DNA of 64,000 nucleotides, from assembly GCA_032718475.1 (NCBI GenBank), contig JAUCBJ010006708.1, positions 24,182-88,181 of the forward strand, written 5' to 3'. This DNA comes from Nemertoderma westbladi. Its lineage: Eukaryota > Animalia > Xenacoelomorpha. Below the pieces are notes generated by a model that saw only the letters and a list, made by a program, of their open reading frames with translations, was not told the DNA's origin and searched no databases. This document shows, in pieces, positions 37,926 through 50,200 of the stretch (position 1 is its first letter; each line of letters begins with the position of its first letter). Position numbers and translations under genes: made by a program.

Positions 37926-39634
37926 CTAGAAAAAATATAGATACATTGGATTGTGTTAATAAACAATGCTTGCAGGTTTGCAAAAAGTAACTCTTGCAAA
38001 CCTCTTACCATGGTAGTTTCACACACAAAATCTCACAGCTAAAACTAACTGTGTTGGGACAGTCACAAACAACTTCGGAATATTGTGACAGCCACAATCA
38101 ATTGTAGTAATTTTGTAACAGCCACAAACAATTGTCTGAATGTTGTGACAGCTACAAACATTTGTCGCAATGTTGTGACAGCCACAAACAATTGTCCGAA
38201 TGTTGTGACAGCCACAAACAATTGTCGTAATGTTTTGACAGCCAAAAACAATTGTCGCAATATTGTGACAGCCACAAACAATTGTCGCAATATTATGACA
38301 GCCACAAAAAATATCGTAATGTTGTGACAGTCACAAACAATTGTCGCAAGGTTGTGACAGCCACAAACAATTGTCGTAATGTTGTGACAGCCACAAACAA
38401 TTGTCGTAAAGTTGTTACAGCCACAAACAATTGTCGTAATGTTGTGACAGCAACAAACAATTGTCGTAATGTTGTGTCAGCTACAAACAATTGTCGCAAT
38501 GTTGTGACAGCCACAAACAATTGTCGTAATGTTGTTACAGCCACAAACAATTGTCGTAATGTTGTGACAGCAACAAACAATTGTCGTAATGTTGTGTCAG
38601 CTACAAACAATTGTCGCAATGTTGTGACAGCCACAAACAATTGTACGAATGCTGTGACAGCTACAAACAATTGTCGTAATGTTGTGACAGCCACAAACAA
38701 TCGTACAAATGTTGTGACAGCAACAAACAATTGTATGAATGTTGTGACAGCTACAAACAATTGTCTTAATGTAGTGACAACTACAAACAATTGTCGTAAT
38801 GTTGTGACAGCCACAAACAATTGTAGTAATTTTGTGACAGCCACAAACAATTGTCCGAATGTTGTGATAGCTACAAACAATTGTCGTAATGTTGTGACAG
38901 CTACAAACCGAATGTTGTGATAGCTACAAACAATTGTCGTAATGTTGTGACAGCTACAATACAATTGTCGTAATTTTGTGACAGCCACAAACAATTGTCG
39001 TAATGTTGTTACAGCCACAAACAGTTATTGTCGTAATGTTGTGAAAGCAAAAAACAATTATCGCAATCTTGTGACAGCTACAAACAATTGTAGTAATGTT
39101 GTGACAGCCACAAACAATTATTGTCGTAATGTTGTGACAGCCACAAACAATTATTATCGTAATGTTGTGACAGCCACAAACAATTGTAGTAATTTTGTGA
39201 CAGCCACTAACAATTGTAGTAATTTTGTGACAGCCACAAACAATTATTGTCGTAATGTTGTGACAGCCACAAACAATTGTAGTAGTTTTGTGACAGCCAC
39301 AAACAATTGTAGTAATTTTGTGACAGCCACAAACAATTATTGTCGTAATGTTGTGAAAGCAAAAAACAATTATCGCAATCTTGTGACAGCTACAAACAAT
39401 TGTAGTAATGTTGTGACAGCCACAAACAATTATTGTCGTAATGTTGTGACAGCCACAAACAATTATTGTCGTAATGTTGTGACAGTCACAAACAATTATT
39501 GTCGTAATGTTGTGACAGCCACAAACTAATACCAAAATGTTGTGGCAGCTGCTAATAATTGCAATAATTTTGTGACTGACATACACAAACAAATGTCACA
39601 ATTAATCATCAACTAAATATGTGTGTAAATTTAC

Positions 39635-39763
39635 CTCCTTATCAGCGGTGGGTTCATCGAGCAGATCAAGATCGCTTGTGCAGATCGGTTGCTTATCAGG
39701 AGCAGCAGAGCCACCCAATATCAACGGAATATTATCCGTTATGTCGTCAATTTCTTCGTTAAA
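39635..39763 (-). CDS. Putative 129-nt exon copy at the array edge (same peptide as the 27.6-kb copy)
   Basis: AG and GT intact. The upstream intron and ATG|GTAAGA are kept, but sequence beyond ~39850 is different. Confidence 0.55.
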
Positions 39764-40807
39764 CTAGAAAAAATATAGATACATTGGATTGTGTTAATAA
39801 ACAATGCTTGCAGGTTTGCAAAAAGTAACTCTTGCAACCTTCTTACCATTAGGTAAGATCTTACCAAATTAATTACAATAATTCGGAGTGAACAATAAAT
39901 CCGTCTACAAACTGCAACTTTACTATGTATGTGAGAGATATATTTCCAGCCTGCTTCCAAAATAGCCAATCGGAATGGCAGTACAATATTCTAGAATGCA
40001 TATTAAGCATAGAATATATGCAAAGCATAGCCAGCTGGCTTTGGAGGACCTGGTATTATTCACATGGGCACTTATTGGCATTCGGAGCTCTGTATGCAAC
40101 CTTTATGTATGTGCATTAAGTCAATATAATATCATGTGAAGAAAACCTTTGTATTACTAAATTGAAACTAGGCTTATGAACTTTCTGTGGAATACAACTA
40201 TCAAAGTGTTTTGATCCGTTCTTGTGATATTTAGCATCGAAATTTTACGAATAAAGATAGAATGGTCTTTATTCCTACATATGTACATGTATGGAAGGAA
40301 GGTGAAACAAAGGCAACATAATATTTTCATAAAAATAGCGGATATTTACGGGCGATGAAATAGGCAGTTTTTTAGAACGAAATTTCTTAGGGATGGATGA
40401 TAAGGGATAAAATATTATTTGTTTTAAAAGGTATTGTAATAAACGTTTCATATTTTTATATTACAGGATCAAGCAACAATATCAAGCAATAAAGTAATTT
40501 AGTAAAAGTAGCCAATTTTATTTTATAAAAAGAATAAAATGGCGTATTGCTAACAATGCAAAGTAAGACTACATTCTTTCACGTCTCGAGAATGTTGAAA
40601 GAAATTTATGCTTTTCTTGTTTAAAGTTCCCTAATACCTAAAAATAATGTCTATTACCAAATATTTGAGGACATTATGTATATGGAAAGTTGTGAGATAT
40701 AAGATTTAAATGCATTTAATTTATTAAGTGCATTGCCAAGTCAGTACGTTACAAAAGTGTTTAAAAATTTCATATTTGAGATAGAGAAGCATTTCGCCTT
40801 GTTTTGA

Positions 40808-41290
40808 CCATTTTAGGTTTATATATTATACTCCAAGCCATACTTACAAGTCTTCCTCATCTTACATACCTTGTGCGGTATTTCTGTTTTTTTAGTTTAT
40901 TGCCCTGATGATGCCCCTAGTGGGAGAAATTAATTGGATTGTATAATAAAACAGATAGAGTCGGGCGTAAAGAAACTCCTTTATTTCTCAGTCAGTACAC
41001 GAAATGCATTGTCGCGCCCTGAAGTCGGCTTGCCGTTTGATTAATAACTTTAATATGATAGATGTCTGGCTATGAGTAAAATGCAATGACTTCACATATA
41101 TATGTCTTAAGTCAAATGTGAATGAGCTACAAGTACGTTAAAGCACCAATATTAACATTATGTGAAGAAAACCTTTGTATTCATTCAGACTGGACCACAT
41201 TGACTATTATAGGGTCTTCTCGGTTTTTTCAGAATCAATATGCCTAAAATGATCTATGGCTATGAGTAAAGGGTAACAGTATAACATAAA
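40808..41290 (+). repeat. ~480-bp leader, copy 2
   Basis: Near-identical to 23597-24079 and again abuts a 37-bp array. Confidence 0.95.
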
Positions 41291-44200
41291 GGCTATCGTC
41301 CCCAACACCCCCACTTCTTTTCTTGGGGGCTATCGTCCCCAACACCCCCACTTCTTTTCTTGGGGGCTATCGTCCCCAACACCCCCACTTATTTTCTTGT
41401 GGGCTATCGTCCCCAACACCCCCACTTCTTTTCTTGGGGGCAATCGTCCCCAACACCCCCACTTCTTTTCTTGGGGGCTATCGTCCCCAACACCCCCACT
41501 TCTTTTCTTGGGGGATATCGTCGCTAACACCCCCACTTATTTTCTTGGGGGCTATCGTCCCCAACACCCCCACTTCTTTTCTTGGGGGCTATCGTCCCCA
41601 ACACCCCCACTTCTTTTCTTGGGGGCTATCGTCCCCAACACCCCCACTTCTTTTCTTGTGGGCTATCGTCCCCCCCAACACCCCCACTTCTTTTCTTGGG
41701 GGTTATCGTCCACAACACCCCCACTTATTTTCTTGGGGGCTATCGTCCCCAACACCCCCACTTATTTTCTTGGGGGCTATCGTCCCCAACACCCCCACTT
41801 CTTTTCTTGGGGGCTATCGTCCCCAACACCCCCACTTCTTTTCTTGGGGGCTATCGTCCCCAACACCCCCACTTCTTTTCTTGGGGGCTATCGTCCCCAA
41901 CACCCCACTTCTTTTCTTGGGGGCTATCGTCCCCAACACCCCCACTTCTTTTCTTGGGGGCTATCGTCCCCAACACCCCCACTTCTTTTCTTGGGGGATA
42001 TCGTCCCCAACACCCCCACTTCTTTTCTTGTGGGCTATCGTCGCCAACACCCCCACTTCTTTTCTTGGGGGCTATCGTCCCCAACACCCCCACTTCTTTT
42101 CTTGGGGGCAATCGTCCCCAACACCCCCACTTCTTTTCTTGGGGGCTATCGTCCCCAACACCCCCACTTCTTTTCTTGGGGGATATCGTCGCCAACACCC
42201 CCACTTCTTTTCTTGGGGGCTATCGTCCCCAACACCCCCACTTCTTTTCTTGGGGGCTATCGTCCCCAACACCCCCACTTCTTTTCTTGGGGGCTATCGT
42301 CGCCAACACCCCAACTTCTTTTCTTGGGGGCTATCGTCCCCAACACCCCCACTTCTTTTCTTGGGGGCTATCGTCCCCAACACCCCCACTTCTTTTCTTG
42401 GGGGCTATCGTCCCCAACACCCCCACTTCTTTTCTTGGGGGCTATCGTCCCCAACACCCCCACTTCTTTTCTTGGGGGCTATCGTCCCCAACACCCCCAC
42501 TTCTTTTCTTGGGGGCAATCGTCCCCAACACCCCCACTTCTTTTCTTGGGGGCTATCGTCCCCAACACCCCCACTTCTTTTCTTGGGGGCTATCGTCCCC
42601 AACACCCCCACTTCTTTTCTTGGGGGCTATCGTCCCCAACACCCCCACTTCTTTTCTTGGGGGATATCGTCCCCAACACCCCCACTTCTTTTCTTGTGGG
42701 CTATCGTCGCCAACACCCCCACTTCTTTTCTTGGGGGCTATCGTCCCCAACACCCCCACTTCTTTTCTTGGGGGCAATCGTCCCCAACACCCCCACTTCT
42801 TTTCTTGGGGGCTATCGTCCCCAACACCCCCACTTCTTTTCTTGGGGGATATCGTCGCCAACACCCCCACTTCTTTTCTTGGGGGCTATCGTCCCCAACA
42901 CCCCCACTTCTTTTCTTGGGGGCTATCGTCCCCAACACCCCCACTTCTTTTCTTGGGGGCTATCGTCGCCAACACCCCAACTTCTTTTCTTGGGGGCTAT
43001 CGTCCCCAACACCCCCACTTCTTTTCTTGGGGGCTATCGTCCCCAACACCCCCACTTCTTTTCTTGGGGGCTATCGTCCCCAACACCCCCACTTCTTTTC
43101 TTGGGGGCTATCGTCCCCAACACCCCCACTTCTTTTCTTGGGGGCAATCGTCCCCAACACCCCCACTTCTTTTCTTGGGGGCTATCGTCCCCAACACCCC
43201 CACTTCTTTTCTTGGGGGCTATCGTCGCCAACACCCCCACTTCTTTTCTTGGGGGCTATCGTCCCCAACACCCCCACTTCTTTTCTTGGGGGCTATCGTC
43301 CCCAACACCCCCACTTCTTTTCTTGGGGCCTATCGTCCCCAACACCCCCACTTCTTTTCTTGGGGACTATCGTCCCCAACACCCCCACTTCTTTTCTTGT
43401 GGGCTATCGTCCCCAACACCCCCACTTCTTTTCTTGGGGGCTATCGTCCCCAATACCCCCACTTCTTTTCTTGGGGGCTATCGTCCCCAACACCCCCACT
43501 TCTTTTCTTGGGGGCTATTGTCCCCAACACCCCCACTTCTTTTCTTGGGGGCTATTGTCCCCAACACCCCCACTTATTTTTTGTGGGCTATCGTCCCCAA
43601 CACCCCCACTTATTTTCTTGGGGGCTATCGTCCCCAACACCCCCACTTCTTTTCTTAGGGGATATCGTCCCCAACACCCCCACTTCTTTTCTTGGGGGCT
43701 ATCGTCCCCAACACCCCTACTTCTTTTCTTGGGGGATATTGTCGCCAACACCCCAACTTCTTTTCTTGGGGGCTATCGTCCCCAACACCCCCACTTCTTT
43801 TCTTGGGGGCTATCGTCCCCAACACCCCCACTTCTTTTCTTGGGGGCTATCGTCCCCAACACCCCCACTTCTTTTCTTGGGGGCTATCGTCCCCAACACC
43901 CCCACTTCTTTTCTTGGGGGCTATCGTCCCCAACACCCCCACTTCTTTTCTTGGGGGCTATCGTCCCCAACACCCCCACTTCTTTTCTTGGGGGCAATCG
44001 TCCCCAACACCCCCACTTCTTTTCTTGGGGGCTATCGTCCCCAACACCCCCACTTCTTTTCTTGGGGGCTATCGTCGCCAACACCCCCACTTCTTTTCTT
44101 GGGGGCTATCGTCCCCAACACCCCCACTTCTTTTCTTGGGGGCTATCGTCCCCAACACCCCCACTTCTTTTCTTGGGGGCTATCGTCCCCAACACCCCCA

Positions 44201-47200
44201 CTTCTTTTCTTGGGGGCTATCGTCCCCAACACCCCCACTTCTTTTCTTGGGGGCTATCGTCCCCAACACCCCCACTTCTTTTCTTGGGGGCTATCGTCCC
44301 CAACACCCCCACTTCTTTTCTTGGGGGCTATCGTCCCCAACACCCCCACTTCTTTTCTTGGGGGCAATCGTCCCCAACACCCCCACTTCTTTTCTTGGGG
44401 GCTATCGTCCCCAACACCCCCACTTCTTTTCTTGGGGGCTATCGTCCCCAACACCCCCACTTCTTTTCTTGGGGGCTATCGTCCCCAACACCCCCACTTC
44501 TTTTCTTGGGGGATATCGTCCCCAACACCCCCACTTCTTTTCTTGTGGGCTATCGTCGCCAACACCCCCACTTCTTTTCTTGGGGGCTATCGTCCCCAAC
44601 ACCCCCACTTCTTTTCTTGGGGGCAATCGTCCCCAACACCCCCACTTCTTTTCTTGGGGGCTATCGTCCCCAACACCCCCACTTCTTTTCTTGGGGGATA
44701 TCGTCGCCAACACCCCCACTTCTTTTCTTGGGGGCTATCGTCCCCAACACCCCCACTTCTTTTCTTGGGGGCTATCGTCCCCAACACCCCCACTTCTTTT
44801 CTTGGGGGCTATCGTCGCCAACACCCCAACTTCTTTTCTTGGGGGCTATCGTCCCCAACACCCCCACTTCTTTTCTTGGGGGCTATCGTCCCCAACACCC
44901 CCACTTCTTTTCTTGGGGGCTATCGTCCCCAACACCCCCACTTCTTTTCTTGGGGGCTATCGTCCCCAACACCCCCACTTCTTTTCTTGGGGGCTATCGT
45001 CCCCAACACCCCCACTTCTTTTCTTGGGGGCAATCGTCCCCAACACCCCCACTTCTTTTCTTGGGGGCTATCGTCCCCAACACCCCCACTTCTTTTCTTG
45101 GGGGCTATCGTCGCCAACACCCCCACTTCTTTTCTTGGGGGCTATCGTCCCCAACACCCCCACTTCTTTTCTTGGGGGCTATCGTCCCCAACACCCCCAC
45201 TTCTTTTCTTGGGGCCTATCGTCCCCAACACCCCCACTTCTTTTCTTGGGGACTATCGTCCCCAACACCCCCACTTCTTTTCTTGTGGGCTATCGTCCCC
45301 AACACCCCCACTTCTTTTCTTGGGGGCTATCGTCCCCAATACCCCCACTTCTTTTCTTGGGGGCTATCGTCCCCAACACCCCCACTTCTTTTCTTGGGGG
45401 CTATTGTCCCCAACACCCCCACTTCTTTTCTTGGGGGCTATTGTCCCCAACACCCCCACTTATTTTTTGTGGGCTATCGTCCCCAACACCCCCACTTATT
45501 TTCTTGGGGGCTATCGTCCCCAACACCCCCACTTCTTTTCTTAGGGGATATCGTCCCCAACACCCCCACTTCTTTTCTTGGGGGCTATCGTCCCCAACAC
45601 CCCTACTTCTTTTCTTGGGGGATATTGTCGCCAACACCCCAACTTCTTTTCTTGGGGGCTATCGTCCCCAACACCCCCACTTCTTTTCTTGGGGGCTATC
45701 GTCCCCAACACCCCCACTTCTTTTCTTGGGGGCTATCGTCCCCAACACCCCCACTTCTTTTCTTGGGGGCTATCGTCCCCAACACCCCCACTTCTTTTCT
45801 TGGGGGCTATCGTCCCCAACACCCCCACTTCTTTTCTTGGGGGCTATCGTCCCCAACACCCCCACTTCTTTTCTTGGGGGCAATCGTCCCCAACACCCCC
45901 ACTTCTTTTCTTGGGGGCTATCGTCCCCAACACCCCCACTTCTTTTCTTGGGGGCTATCGTCGCCAACACCCCCACTTCTTTTCTTGGGGGCTATCGTCC
46001 CCAACACCCCCACTTCTTTTCTTGGGGGCTATCGTCCCCAACACCCCCACTTCTTTTCTTGGGGCCTATCGTCCCCAACACCCCCACTTCTTTTCTTGGG
46101 GACTATCGTCCCCAACACCCCCACTTCTTTTCTTGGGGGCTATCGTCCCCAACACCCCCACTTCTTTTCTTGGGGGCTATCGTCCCCAATACCCCCACTT
46201 CTTTTCTTGGGGACTATCGTCCCCAACACCCCCACTTCTTTTCTTGTGGGCTATCGTCCCCAACACCCCCACTTCTTTTCTTGGGGGCTATTGTCCCCAA
46301 CACCCCCACTTCTTTTCTTGGGGGCTATTGTCCCCAACACCCCCACTTATTTTTTGTGGGCTATCGTCCCCAACACCCCCACTTATTTTCTTGGGGGCTA
46401 TCGTCCCCAACACCCCCACTTCTTTTCTTAGGGGATATCGTCCCCAACACCCCCACTTCTTTTCTTGGGGGCTATCGTCCCCAACACCCCTACTTCTTTT
46501 CTTGGGGGATATTGTCCCCAACACCCCCACTTCTTTTCTTGGGGGCTATCGTCCCCAACACCCCCACTTCTTTTCTTGGGGGCTATCGTCCCCAACACCC
46601 CCACTTCTTTTCTTGGGGGCTATCGTCCCCAACACCCCCACTTCTTTTCTTGGGGGATATCGTCCCCAACACCCCCACTTCTTTTCTTGTGGGCTATCGT
46701 CGCCAACACCCCCACTTCTTTTCTTGGGGGCTATCGTCCCCAACACCCCCACTTCTTTTCTTGGGGGCAATCGTCCCCAACACCCCCACTTCTTTTCTTG
46801 GGGGCTATCGTCCCCAACACCCCCACTTCTTTTCTTGGGGGATATCGTCGCCAACACCCCCACTTCTTTTCTTGGGGGCTATCGTCCCCAACACCCCCAC
46901 TTCTTTTCTTGGGGGCTATCGTCCCCAACACCCCCACTTCTTTTCTTGGGGGCTATCGTCGCCAACACCCCAACTTCTTTTCTTGGGGGCTATCGTCCCC
47001 AACACCCCCACTTCTTTTCTTGGGGGCTATCGTCCCCAACACCCCCACTTCTTTTCTTGGGGGCTATCGTCCCCAACACCCCCACTTCTTTTCTTGGGGG
47101 CTATCGTCCCCAACACCCCCACTTCTTTTCTTGGGGGCTATCGTCCCCAACACCCCCACTTCTTTTCTTGGGGGCAATCGTCCCCAACACCCCCACTTCT

Positions 47201-50200
47201 TTTCTTGGGGGCTATCGTCCCCAACACCCCCACTTCTTTTCTTGGGGGCTATCGTCGCCAACACCCCCACTTCTTTTCTTGGGGGCTATCGTCCCCAACA
47301 CCCCCACTTCTTTTCTTGGGGGCTATCGTCCCCAACACCCCCACTTCTTTTCTTGGGGCCTATCGTCCCCAACACCCCCACTTCTTTTCTTGGGGACTAT
47401 CGTCCCCAACACCCCCACTTCTTTTCTTGTGGGCTATCGTCCCCAACACCCCCACTTCTTTTCTTGGGGGCTATCGTCCCCAATACCCCCACTTCTTTTC
47501 TTGGGGGCTATCGTCCCCAACACCCCCACTTCTTTTCTTGGGGGCTATTGTCCCCAACACCCCCACTTCTTTTCTTGGGGGCTATTGTCCCCAACACCCC
47601 CACTTATTTTTTGTGGGCTATCGTCCCCAACACCCCCACTTATTTTCTTGGGGGCTATCGTCCCCAACACCCCCACTTCTTTTCTTGGGGGATATCGTCC
47701 CCAACACCCCCACTTCTTTTCTTGGGGGCTATCGTCCCCAACACCCCCACTTCTTTTCTTGGGGGCTATCGTCCCCAACACCCCCACTTCTTTTCTTGGG
47801 GGATATCGTCCCCAACACCCCCACTTCTTTTCTTGTGGGCTATCGTCGCCAACACCCCCACTTCTTTTCTTGGGGGCTATCGTCCCCAACACCCCCACTT
47901 CTTTTCTTGGGGGCAATCGTCCCCAACACCCCCACTTCTTTTCTTGGGGGCTATCGTCCCCAACACCCCCACTTCTTTTCTTGGGGGATATCGTCGCCAA
48001 CACCCCCACTTCTTTTCTTGGGGGCTATCGTCCCCAACACCCCCACTTCTTTTCTTGGGGGCTATCGTCCCCAACACCCCCACTTCTTTTCTTGGGGGCT
48101 ATCGTCGCCAACACCCCAACTTCTTTTCTTGGGGGCTATCGTCCCCAACACCCCCACTTCTTTTCTTGGGGGCTATCGTCCCCAACACCCCCACTTCTTT
48201 TCTTGGGGGCTATCGTCCCCAACACCCCCACTTCTTTTCTTGGGGGCTATCGTCCCCAACACCCCCACTTCTTTTCTTGGGGGCTATCGTCCCCAACACC
48301 CCCACTTCTTTTCTTGGGGGCAATCGTCCCCAACACCCCCACTTCTTTTCTTGGGGGCTATCGTCCCCAACACCCCCACTTCTTTTCTTGGGGGCTATCG
48401 TCGCCAACACCCCCACTTCTTTTCTTGGGGGCTATCGTCCCCAACACCCCCACTTCTTTTCTTGGGGGCTATCGTCCCCAACACCCCCACTTCTTTTCTT
48501 GGGGCCTATCGTCCCCAACACCCCCACTTCTTTTCTTGGGGACTATCGTCCCCAACACCCCCACTTCTTTTCTTGTGGGCTATCGTCCCCAACACCCCCA
48601 CTTCTTTTCTTGGGGGCTATCGTCCCCAATACCCCCACTTCTTTTCTTGGGGGCTATCGTCCCCAACACCCCCACTTCTTTTCTTGGGGGCTATTGTCCC
48701 CAACACCCCCACTTCTTTTCTTGGGGGCTATTGTCCCCAACACCCCCACTTATTTTTTGTGGGCTATCGTCCCCAACACCCCCACTTATTTTCTTGGGGG
48801 CTATCGTCCCCAACACCCCCACTTCTTTTCTTAGGGGATATCGTCCCCAACACCCCCACTTCTTTTCTTGGGGGCTATCGTCCCCAACACCCCTACTTCT
48901 TTTCTTGGGGGATATTGTCGCCAACACCCCAACTTCTTTTCTTGGGGGCTATCGTCCCCAACACCCCCACTTCTTTTCTTGGGGGCTATCGTCCCCAACA
49001 CCCCCACTTCTTTTCTTGGGGGCTATCGTCCCCAACACCCCCACTTCTTTTCTTGGGGGCTATCGTCCCCAACACCCCCACTTCTTTTCTTGGGGGCTAT
49101 CGTCCCCAACACCCCCACTTCTTTTCTTGGGGGCTATCGTCCCCAACACCCCCACTTCTTTTCTTGGGGGCAATCGTCCCCAACACCCCCACTTCTTTTC
49201 TTGGGGGCTATCGTCCCCAACACCCCCACTTCTTTTCTTGGGGGCTATCGTCGCCAACACCCCCACTTCTTTTCTTGGGGGCTATCGTCCCCAACACCCC
49301 CACTTCTTTTCTTGGGGGCTATCGTCCCCAACACCCCCACTTCTTTTCTTGGGGGCTATCGTCGCCAACACCCCCACTTCTTTTCTTGGGGGCTATCGTC
49401 CCCAACACCCCCACTTCTTTTCTTGGGGGCTATCGTCCCCAACACCCCCACTTCTTTTCTTGGGGCTATCGTCCCCAACACCCCCACTTCTTTTCTTGGG
49501 GGCTATCGTCCCCAACACCCCCACTTCTTTTCTTGGGGCTATCGTCCCCAACACCCCCACTTCTTTTCTTGGGGGCTATCGTCCCCAACACCCCCACTTC
49601 TTTTCTTGGGGGCTATCGTCCCCAACACCCCCACTTCTTTTCTTGGGGGCTATCGTCGCCAACACCCCCACTTCTTTTCTTGGGGGCTATCGTCCCCAAC
49701 ACCCCCACTTCTTTTCTTGGGGGCTATCGTCCCCAACACCCCCACTTCTTTTCTTGGGGCCTATCGTCCCCAACACCCCCACTTCTTTTCTTGGGGACTA
49801 TCGTCCCCAACACCCCCACTTCTTTTCTTGTGGGCTATCGTCCCCAACACCCCCACTTCTTTTCTTGGGGGCTATCGTCCCCAATACCCCCACTTCTTTT
49901 CTTGGGGGCTATCTTCCCCAACACCCCCACTTCTTTTCTTGGGGGCTATTGTCCCCAACACCCCCACTTCTTTTCTTGGGGGCTATTGTCCCCAACACCC
50001 CCACTTATTTTTTGTGGGCTATCGTCCCCAACACCCCCACTTATTTTCTTGGGGGCTATCGTCCCCAACACCCCCACTTCTTTTCTTAGGGGATATCGTC
50101 CCCAACACCCCCACTTCTTTTCTTGGGGGCTATCGTCCCCAACACCCCTACTTCTTTTCTTGGGGGATATTGTCCCCAACACCCCAACTTCTTTTCTTGG

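Larger units (their letters stand above)
26216..39600. repeat. 30-bp satellite with higher-order organisation, interrupted by a repeated ~330-bp cassette
   Basis: Unit GTGACAGCCACAAACAATTGTCGTAATGTT with many variants. A diverged segment (ATACGCACAAACAATGG..CCGGGACA) recurs six times. A 1984-bp near-exact tandem duplication is present (36079 vs 38063). Confidence 0.98.

Noticed and set aside
26154-39592. Dozens of CGCHNITTIV / FVAVTTLRQL / TATNNCRNVV ORFs as genes
   Set aside because: Translations of the 30-bp satellite, overlapping on both strands and broken by frameshifts.
39925-40119. 64-aa ORF next to the exon array
   Set aside because: No homology or splice context recognisable.
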